From a virus (Duplodnaviria; Caudoviricetes), in the IMG/VR virus record IMGVR_UViG_3300032301_000913, positions 1-64,000 of that record: 64,000 nt of DNA. One strand, written 5' to 3'. The position numbers and the translations under genes are program-made. The notes below the pieces were generated by a model. It ran no database searches. It was not told the DNA's origin and saw only the letters and a list, made by a program, of their open reading frames with translations. Below are positions 26,714 through 34,264 of the stretch, one piece after another; positions within the stretch are counted from its first letter, which is position 1, and each line of letters starts with the position of its first letter.

Positions 26714-26892
26714 TGACATTCGACCGAGCACAAGTCACCGAAGATTACATCCAGCAACTCATTGAGGGCATGGATTATAAAACAATGGAGTGTCTGGTTT
26801 ATGACACTCTGAAGGACAATCTTGCATCCTACACTGATGAAGAATTGATTACAGAGGTTACAGACTATTATCCAGAACTGTTGGGAGAATAA
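26713..26892 (+). CDS. hypothetical protein (59 aa)
   Basis: Read manually; TAATG coupling. Confidence 0.6.
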   Translation: MTFDRAQVTEDYIQQLIEGMDYKTMECLVYDTLKDNLASYTDEELITEVTDYYPELLGE

Positions 26893-27007
26893 AATCTAGT
26901 CTAGACAATCTCGTCGAGATCATGTACCAGTTACACAACCGGCCCACAGATCTCGACGAGACACACAATCTAAACTAGATTGCACACATACAAAACGCAT
27001 CGAGATC

Positions 27008-27196
27008 ATGAGTACCGCAACAGTCACACCTATCTCGCGTAAAGCAAAGAATCGCTTCGCCAATCTTATGCAGTGTGATGGCACATGTATCATCGAGCAA
27101 CACATAGGTGATCGTGTGTTTCTTACATCTGCAAATGGACGTAATCACTTCTGGGCAACACTTGACACAGACGCACATTGGATGGTAGAATTATAA
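27008..27196 (+). CDS. hypothetical phage protein
   Basis: ORF track. Confidence 0.65.
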   Translation: MSTATVTPISRKAKNRFANLMQCDGTCIIEQHIGDRVFLTSANGRNHFWATLDTDAHWMVEL

Positions 27197-27287
27197 GACA
27201 AAGACGGAAGGGGTTTGCCGTCGCTCAATGTTAAAGTCACCCTGCGCGAACGAGAACAGATAATCTTAGCATAGGTGAGTGGTTCTT

Positions 27288-27320
27288 GTGGATCGGGGTG
27301 GTGCCTGATCCACTTTTTTT
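27288..27320 (+). terminator. intrinsic terminator
   Basis: gtggatcggg-gtggtg-cctgatccac-T7. Confidence 0.8.
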
Positions 27321-27591
27321 AATTATTACATTTCATTATAACAGTAGCGTTATATGATAGGTTTTTTTAGATATTTATAAGTAAGCAGGTTCCGTGGCGA
27401 TGGATTGTTCAGTAGAGATACCCTTCTCCCGTTGGTGCTGGTTGTCCCCTTAGGATACAGCAAACTAGGACAGAATCGCCACCCTTAGGACAGTCTGCAC
27501 AGTGGCACAATGGCGCTGGATCTGACCCGTTCGGACGTGGCATCATTCATTCAACGGCGCACCACTGACGCCGACCACCACCACCAGACAA

Positions 27592-28068
27592 ATGACGAAC
27601 GCCACCATGCAAGTTGTTATCAACGGTAACACTGTCGAAGGTACAGCGTCACAAATTGCTCTAATTATTGGCAATTTTTCTGATGTAATGGGGCAAAAAG
27701 TTGCTCCTGTCACTATTACTCAGGAGGAGAAGTCTATCAAGTTTGTTGAGTTTTTTGGTGCAACGCTTGAGTCACACATTAAGGGTGGCAAGTTGTTTGT
27801 ATCGGAACTCAACAAGTTGCGCCACCAAGGTAATGACTACCGCGCCATGATTCGTCTATACCACGACCTTGTAGATGCTCCTACTAAAGGATGGGCAAAG
27901 CGCCGCCAGTTGTTGTTAACTACTAGCGCAATCTGGCGTTATACTTTCAAGGTTAACAAAGGCGGTCTTAAGTATAAAATTGCCGCTGTTACAGAGTGTG
28001 AAGATTGTGGCGAATTTGCCAAATCTATGGTAGAGCGTATGATTGCTGAGAAACTCTGGGTTGCATAA
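27592..28068 (+). CDS. hypothetical protein (158 aa)
   Basis: ORF track; follows palindrome element 27487-27508. Confidence 0.7.
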   Translation: MTNATMQVVINGNTVEGTASQIALIIGNFSDVMGQKVAPVTITQEEKSIKFVEFFGATLESHIKGGKLFVSELNKLRHQGNDYRAMIRLYHDLVDAPTKGWAKRRQLLLTTSAIWRYTFKVNKGGLKYKIAAVTECEDCGEFAKSMVERMIAEKLWVA

Positions 28069-28151
28069 GCAACACTGATCAGTCGGGGGGTGGCAACGCC
28101 CCCCTTCCGTGCTATTCTTTAGGAGTCAACCACCACCACCGGCACCGACCC

Positions 28152-28823
28152 ATGCAAGTCGCTCTCACCATCGCATCCGGAAACTCTAAAACCGGTGTTA
28201 TCCCAACTTCCATAAGTGAGCAATCATCCTGCGCTCCATCTTGTCCCTTTATTAATAAGGGTTGCTATGCAAAGTATGGTCACCAGGTTATACACTGGCG
28301 CAAAGTTTCTAATACTGAGCGCGGTGTAGTTTGGGAGGAGTTTGTTACACTGATTCGCAAACTTTCCAAGGGTCAACTATGGCGCCACAATGTCGCGGGT
28401 GATCTTCCCCACAATAATGGTGAGATTGATTATCTCAAACTGCGCCAACTGATTGATGCTAACCGTGGGCGTAAGGGTTACACTTACACACACCACACGC
28501 TAAATGATCACAACCGCGTGTGCTTAGAGAATGCAAACTCTATGGGGTTCACGGTTAACGTTAGCACCGAATCTATTGAAGATGCTGACCGTGTGATGAC
28601 TGAGTATAACCTACCCGCCACGGCAGTTGTTCACTCTGAAAAAACTGACCGATTCTATACAACAGAATCCGGTCGGAAAGTTATCACCTGCCCCGCTGCA
28701 CTTTTCCCAGGTAAGGTAACCTGTGCAACTTGCGGTTTGTGTCAAGTAGCGGACCGCAAGTTCATTGTAGCGTTCCCCGCACATGGCACCGCTAAAAAGA
28801 CAGTCAACCAGATCGTAGGTTGA
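28152..28823 (+). CDS. Cys-rich Gp88-like / radical-SAM-related protein
   Basis: NSKTG, SCAPSCPFINKGCYA, RHNVAGD, YTYTH, CPA...CATCGLC, FPAHG. Confidence 0.6.
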   Translation: MQVALTIASGNSKTGVIPTSISEQSSCAPSCPFINKGCYAKYGHQVIHWRKVSNTERGVVWEEFVTLIRKLSKGQLWRHNVAGDLPHNNGEIDYLKLRQLIDANRGRKGYTYTHHTLNDHNRVCLENANSMGFTVNVSTESIEDADRVMTEYNLPATAVVHSEKTDRFYTTESGRKVITCPAALFPGKVTCATCGLCQVADRKFIVAFPAHGTAKKTVNQIVG

Positions 28824-28831
28824 TAACATTT

Positions 28832-28859
28832 AAGGGGGGGCAATCCTCCCCCTTTTTTT
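28832..28859 (+). terminator. intrinsic terminator
   Basis: G-run/C-run hairpin followed by T tract. Confidence 0.75.
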
Positions 28860-29029
28860 ATATTTTATCCCCACCTAAAATAGGGTCTGCCTCTAATCTA
28901 GCACGGGACCCGGACCCCTTGTCAACCCATAAAACCCCAGCAGTGGACAGTCTGCACAGTGGCACAATGGCGCTGGACTTAACTGGTTTCCCGGTGGTAT
29001 TGTATGGGAGTCAACCACCACCGGCACCA

Positions 29030-29218
29030 ATGGCAACCGTATTGACTGGCGAAGCGATCAATTCCTTCCGCGCTAAAGTGTTATTGGGGGCACTTAAGTT
29101 AGAGTGCCTGGGTATGAAAAAAAGTGGACCGTCAGCATACTCTATCGCTAAAAAGGAGTATAACCTAAAAGGAAGCAAGCAGAGTGTATACAATCAACTT
29201 AAATCTATCATCGGTTGA
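29030..29218 (+). CDS. hypothetical basic protein
   Basis: ATG after ACCACC leader. Confidence 0.65.
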   Translation: MATVLTGEAINSFRAKVLLGALKLECLGMKKSGPSAYSIAKKEYNLKGSKQSVYNQLKSIIG

Positions 29219-29226
29219 GTATACTT

Positions 29227-29255
29227 AAGGGGGGCAACATCTGCCCCCTTTTTTT
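29227..29255 (+). terminator. intrinsic terminator
   Basis: aagggggca-acatc-tgccccctt plus T tract. Confidence 0.8.
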
Positions 29256-29470
29256 ATACTTACTTGTAACAATTATTTTATGGCAGGGGCGGTGGCGATA
29301 GTTGGTCAACCGGCGACCCTGCCGGTGTTGGTGCTGATTGTCCCCATATTCTACAGGCCCGCGATGCCCATAAAACCCCAGCAGTGGACACTCAAAAAAT
29401 TGGCACAAGGTCGGCAGACTTAACTGGTTCCCCGGTGGTATTGTATGGGAGTCCACCACACCAGACACCA

Positions 29471-29668
29471 ATGGCACTACTCTCTCAGGCATCCGATCTT
29501 AAGACCCGTCAGCGGGTCTGGGTCAGCACCAACACTAGCACGGGTGAACAGACACACTCACATAGTGAAGGTGATTATTTTCACTATGATGGCATGAGCG
29601 CTGCCACCATCGCGGGCATGAGTGCTCATGCCCACTGTAAGGATGTTAAGGGTATTGTGTGGGGGTGA
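29471..29668 (+). CDS. hypothetical protein
   Basis: ATG after leader of element 29367-29453. Confidence 0.6.
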   Translation: MALLSQASDLKTRQRVWVSTNTSTGEQTHSHSEGDYFHYDGMSAATIAGMSAHAHCKDVKGIVWG

Positions 29669-29712
29669 CCTAATTCCATGCTATGATTCTCAAGTCCCCC
29701 ACCATTGGCACC

Positions 29713-29901
29713 ATGAGCACCACCTTTCCTCAGATCCTTTGGAACTGCACCAACCCCGACAATGGCACCATACAGTGGTCCACTGCTTGTCAGGCGGCAA
29801 AGGAGCACGGTCTTTGGGATGATTTCCGGACCGATTACGGTACTACTGCATCCTTTGGGGGAGTGGATACCGGCGAATTTTTAGTCTGGTTAGGATATTA
29901 A
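29713..29901 (+). CDS. hypothetical protein
   Basis: ORF track. Confidence 0.6.
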   Translation: MSTTFPQILWNCTNPDNGTIQWSTACQAAKEHGLWDDFRTDYGTTASFGGVDTGEFLVWLGY

Positions 29902-29971
29902 TTTCAACCGGGGGGCACCATTGCCCCCCATCCGTGCTACAATTTAGAAGTCCCCACCACTGACCCGACCG

Positions 29972-30223
29972 ATGAATTTCTCCGATCTCACCTTCTACAA
30001 TCACCCGATCAGAGGCGCCACTAGGGCAGAATATACTTTCCGTAACAATTGGACTATTTCAGTTGTATCTGGTCCGAAGGATTCGGGACTCTACGGTGAT
30101 ATTGAGCACGACACTTTTGAGGTTGCTGTGATGCGCTCCAATGGCAATATGCTTGATGATGTCTTCAATTGGCAGACTCCAGTTCAGATCACTACACTAA
30201 TGCACCTAATTGAGATGCTGTAA
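29972..30223 (+). CDS. hypothetical protein (paralog of 13054..13320)
   Basis: MNFSDLTF...FRNNWTISVV...FEVAVM. Confidence 0.7.
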   Translation: MNFSDLTFYNHPIRGATRAEYTFRNNWTISVVSGPKDSGLYGDIEHDTFEVAVMRSNGNMLDDVFNWQTPVQITTLMHLIEML

Positions 30224-30588
30224 AGTATTAAAATCTCGACTAGATTGCGCCCATACAATCTCGTCGAGATGCGCACACATTTCACACATTAACATCTCGA
30301 ACACATTCACACAATGAACATTCAAGCGCTTAATTCACGCGAACTAGACGCCATATATGATGCGCTACGTATGCATATTCAGTGTATAGATGATGATGAC
30401 ATTATAGATGTATGTCACAATATTATTAGTAAGATGCACATACATTGTATAATGAATCCGGATGAAGTATGAATTATAAAGTATAAAGAATTAAGAATGA
30501 ATCAATAGTAGTTCTTAATTCTTTATACTTAATCCTGAGTATTAAGAATTACACAGGATTGAATGTAAGTTATTGTCAGTGGTGTGGT

Positions 30589-30727
30589 TTATTCTTTACA
30601 TTCAGTCCTGTCTAATTCTTTATACTTAGTGCTGTTTAATTCTTTATACTTAGTGCTGTTTAATTAGATTTAATCAGTGCTGTTTAATTCTTTATACTTA
30701 GTGCTGTCTAATTCTTATTACTTAGTG
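30589..30727. repeat. six tandem 24-bp units (TAATTCTTTATACTTAGTGCTGTT), iteron-like
   Basis: Units at 30589, 30613, 30637, 30661, 30685, 30709; related 19-bp inverted repeat 30479-30497/30512-30530. Confidence 0.9.
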
Positions 30728-31018
30728 GGATCCGGGAGGGTACAGTAGCGGGTGCCGATCTGTCAAGATGTGATCGATCAGAATATCTTATCTAATAAGT
30801 TTCGATTTTTGTATCAAGGCGATACAGTTTACCGGTTGACCGATTCGGCATTGCCGCCTAATCTAGGTTCGAACCTAGAAAACCTAATAAATGATCGGAG
30901 CGGTGCCGGAGGCATCGCTAGCAGCGGGTCGGGCGGGTCTACCGTTGCGCCGGTCATTTATTTACATAAATTCTAGGTTTAGTTTAGTTTACACTCTGTC
31001 CTTTCAGTTCTTTTCACA

Positions 31019-31306
31019 ATGGATCTGCAAAACGCTTCCAAGGTTGTCGAACTTGACGCCAAGATTAAGAAACTTTCTGAGCAATTTGCTGCTCTTAAAG
31101 TGGATTTAATGCAGCAAATGATCGCTGAGAATCTTAGTGAGATTGTCATTAAGAGAAAAAAAGTTGTACTCTGCCATCGCCAAAATAAAGACTTTGGCGC
31201 TGAAATTGCAGCAGCAGAGTTACAAATTAAAGCAGAGAAAAAGAAATTAGAAACTCTTGGAGAGTTTACAATCTCCAGCGTCACGAACTTCATTCAAGTT
31301 CGCTGA
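31019..31306 (+). CDS. hypothetical coiled-coil protein
   Basis: ORF track. Confidence 0.7.
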   Translation: MDLQNASKVVELDAKIKKLSEQFAALKVDLMQQMIAENLSEIVIKRKKVVLCHRQNKDFGAEIAAAELQIKAEKKKLETLGEFTISSVTNFIQVR

Positions 31307-31364
31307 CAATCAAGGGGGCGATCTTTCGCCCCCTATTTCACCCTAACCCATTGCACTTATTATC

Positions 31365-31598
31365 ATGTTTCTTTACAATCAAGGTCGCAACTTTTCTTCC
31401 GTTATGGTTAATCCAAACGGCGGTTACATCGTTATGGCAACTAATATCGCCAAAGGTGTGACGATTGAAGTATCAAATGTCATCGAATCTATTGAAACTG
31501 CTACATTGAGGGCGATGCGATTTGCCGGTCACAGTGTAAATCAACCGCTCGATCCTGATGCAGTTGAGCAATACCTTTCAGAACGATTAGGTTTCTGA
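31365..31598 (+). CDS. hypothetical protein
   Basis: ORF track. Confidence 0.65.
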   Translation: MFLYNQGRNFSSVMVNPNGGYIVMATNIAKGVTIEVSNVIESIETATLRAMRFAGHSVNQPLDPDAVEQYLSERLGF

Positions 31599-31600
31599 TC

Positions 31601-31980
31601 TACACTTAGGGGGAGACAATCTCCCCCCTTCATTCACTCAAACCACCCACACTTTCTTCCCATGCTTTCTACTTTCGACCAAAACTTTCAGAGAATTCGT
31701 GACGTTGAACAGTTTGCACTTAACGTCCTAGATTCTAAACTTAAGCGGGACGTTGATCCTATCGGTGAGGCAGAATATCACTGCCAGGGTTATGCTGGCG
31801 AGGGCAATCCGCCGCACGATGTCATAATCGGTTGCCGAGTTAGTGTAACGCAGAAAGGCAAGTTACGCTCTGATTTTAAGTTGAATGGCAAGCGGATTGC
31901 CTGCCACAAGATTACACTTAGACTCGGAGAATTAGGAGTCTGAGTTACACTTAGGGGGAGACAATCTCCCCCCTTCATTC
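31601..31980 (+). repeat. 35-bp perfect direct repeat (31601-31635, 31946-31980) with hairpin, flanking ORF 31662..31943
   Basis: tacacttagggggagacaatctccccccttcattc occurs twice. Confidence 0.92.
31662..31943 (+). CDS. hypothetical protein
   Basis: ORF track. Confidence 0.7.
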   Translation: MLSTFDQNFQRIRDVEQFALNVLDSKLKRDVDPIGEAEYHCQGYAGEGNPPHDVIIGCRVSVTQKGKLRSDFKLNGKRIACHKITLRLGELGV

Positions 31981-32431
31981 TTACAAACCCATTGCACCTA
32001 AACTAATGTTCACTATCCGCTACTTTGCTCCCTACGGTGGAGGTTGGCGCCTGCAATCGTTCGCCACAAAATGTGAAGCAGAGCGCATGATTCGCTTCTA
32101 TAAATCATGCGGATCCCCGGCAAGTTTTGTATAATTGTTGTTAGTTAGTGGGGGCGCAGTTCTTATTAGATTGCGCCCCTATTCGTGATTGATCAGTATA
32201 TCTGATCGGTCCATTCGTTCGTATTTGCAGTCCTTATGGGTCGGCGGGATGGCGCCCCGCCGTGCCATGGGCGGTTTAAGCCCAAGGAACCTTCCCAATC
32301 TATAAACGACCCAGATCGACCTCGATATATCACTCTCTATAAAAATTCCGCGCCCCATAAAAATTCTCCCAGACCCACACAAAAATCAAAAATAATATAT
32401 AAATTGAAATAGCAAATTTAAATACAAAAAG

Positions 32432-32605
32432 ATGAAAAAAAATTCCGGGGAAATTTTTGAGTCCGTACAGGTCGATCCAATCAGTGGCGACTATTACCTC
32501 ATAATTCCGGAGAGTATCGCCAATGAACTCTCATGGTACGAAGATACTGAAATTAGTTTTAAAGTCGAAGGAAATGATGTTATCCTCACCGAACGCGCAG
32601 ATTGA
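32432..32605 (+). CDS. AbrB/MazE-like DNA-binding protein (57 aa)
   Basis: VQVDPISGDYYLIIPESIANELSWYEDTEISFKVEGNDVILTE, read manually. Confidence 0.65.
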   Translation: MKKNSGEIFESVQVDPISGDYYLIIPESIANELSWYEDTEISFKVEGNDVILTERAD

Positions 32606-32630
32606 CAATTCATATATAATGAGGTATGAT
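32602..32630 (+). promoter_or_regulatory. sigma70-type promoter
   Basis: TTGACA, 17 bp, TATGAT. Confidence 0.75.
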
Positions 32631-32654
32631 ACTTTAGTAATCACTTGAAATTTA

Positions 32655-33131
32655 ATGGAGTTGATTGAACGAATTAATAAAAATCTTCAAGATATTCTCA
32701 ATGAAAATCATTGTTGGATATGGAATGGAACAAAAGATAAAAATGGTTATGGAATAATTTCACATAATAAAAAATTATTTAAAGTTCATCGTTTACTGTA
32801 TGAAATTCATTATGCAGAACCATTAAAATCATTACATTGCCTTCACAAATGTGATAATCCTTCTTGTGTAAATCCATTACACTTACTTGCAGGAACAAAC
32901 TTAGATAATGTAAGAGATAAAGTCAATAAGGGAAGATGTTATACTGGATACCAAAAAGGTGAAAGTAATGGATCATCTAAACTCAAAGATGCTGATGTAA
33001 TTGTAATTAGGAAGTTGTATAAGAGCAAAAATTATACAACTATTAAACTTGGAAAGATGTATAAAGTTCATCGCTCCACAATTTCTCACATCGTAAACAA
33101 CAAAACTTATACGCATTTATTAGAGAATTAA
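32655..33131 (+). CDS. HNH homing endonuclease with C-terminal HTH
   Basis: CWIWNG...GYG...HR...CLHKCDNPSCVNPLHL...N; IRKLY...LGKMYKVHRSTISHIV. Confidence 0.9.
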   Translation: MELIERINKNLQDILNENHCWIWNGTKDKNGYGIISHNKKLFKVHRLLYEIHYAEPLKSLHCLHKCDNPSCVNPLHLLAGTNLDNVRDKVNKGRCYTGYQKGESNGSSKLKDADVIVIRKLYKSKNYTTIKLGKMYKVHRSTISHIVNNKTYTHLLEN

Positions 33132-33136
33132 TTAAA

Positions 33137-33895
33137 ATGGCTCGTGGATTTACAGTAAAAGCAAAGGCACCAGTTGCCGGAAATAGCACAGAAGAGTGGG
33201 ATTATAATCTCGCCAAGGAACTAGTAAGGGGAAAGTCAGTTGTATTTTGCCTTCCAGGTCGTGGAGTTTCTTATACTTACCTGAAGAGTTTTGTACAACT
33301 CTGTTTTGATCTTGTACAAGCAGGTGCAAGTATTCAAATCTCTCAAGATTATTCATCAATGGTCAACTTTGCCCGATGCAAGTGTCTTGGGGCAAATGTT
33401 CTCAGAGGCCCTGATCAAATTCCCTGGGACGGTAAACTAAATTATGATTGGCAACTTTGGATCGACTCGGATATTGTCTTCAATACTGAGAAGTTCTGGC
33501 AGTTGATTCTCATGAACAAAGATATCGCCGCCGGGTGGTATGCAACCGAAGATGGTGTAACTACATCCGTCGCGCACTGGTTGGAAGAAGATGATTTCCG
33601 CAACAATGGGGGAGTCATGAATCATGAGACCGTAGAAAGTATCTCCAAGCGTCGTAAGCCCTTCACCGTAGATTATACGGGTTTTGGATGGGTTCTGATT
33701 AAGAACGGCGTATTCGAGCACTCTGAGATGAAGTATCCTTGGTTCGCGCCCAAGATGCAAGTATTCGACTCAGGAGATGTGCAAGATATGTGTGGGGAAG
33801 ATGTTTCATTCTGTCTCGATGCAAAGGAAGCAGGATTTGAGATCTGGTGTGATCCTCGCATTCGCGTTGGACACGAAAAGACTCGGGTGATCTGA
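33137..33895 (+). CDS. cyanophage glycosyltransferase (GT-A fold)
   Basis: WIDSD (DxD), TGFGWVLIK, GEDVSFC...WCDPRIRVGHEK. Confidence 0.8.
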   Translation: MARGFTVKAKAPVAGNSTEEWDYNLAKELVRGKSVVFCLPGRGVSYTYLKSFVQLCFDLVQAGASIQISQDYSSMVNFARCKCLGANVLRGPDQIPWDGKLNYDWQLWIDSDIVFNTEKFWQLILMNKDIAAGWYATEDGVTTSVAHWLEEDDFRNNGGVMNHETVESISKRRKPFTVDYTGFGWVLIKNGVFEHSEMKYPWFAPKMQVFDSGDVQDMCGEDVSFCLDAKEAGFEIWCDPRIRVGHEKTRVI

Positions 33896-34207
33896 TGACC
33901 ACGAAGTATCATATCCTCATTAATAAAAGTAAGATTTACACAAATCTTACAGAGGAACAATACTTCAATATTATGGAGGACCTGGCAGATGATTTCTATC
34001 AGACAGGTTCTCCAAATCCAAATGAAATTGAAACTGAAATTTTTGAAGAAACTGAGGTAACTGAAAATGGCTAAGTCTCATAGTGATATTCAATCAATCC
34101 CAAAGAAATCCCTTCAAGGAAACGGGGATCATACGAAATACTCCGCTACGTCTCGTAATAAAGCTAAGAAGAAATCCAGAGGACAAGGAAAATAGAATAT
34201 AACCAAG

Positions 34208-34229
34208 GCGGGCAGAGGCCCGCTTTTTT
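34208..34229 (+). terminator. intrinsic terminator
   Basis: gcgggc-agag-gcccgc-T6. Confidence 0.8.
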
Positions 34230-34264
34230 ATGCAATAAATACTCAGTTATTTGTCACCACAGAA

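Noticed and set aside
632-29406. TGGCAC in the repeated element read as a sigma54 -24 box
   Set aside because: No TTGC at the -12 spacing; the motif is half of a palindrome with a sigma70-type -10 about 30 bp away; cyanobacteria lack sigma54.
30589-30727. 24-bp repeats as a CRISPR array
   Set aside because: Units are head-to-tail with no unique spacers, and no cas genes are present.
30863-30878. GGTTCGAACC as a tRNA T-arm
   Set aside because: It is part of a perfect palindrome; no acceptor, D or anticodon arms could be built.
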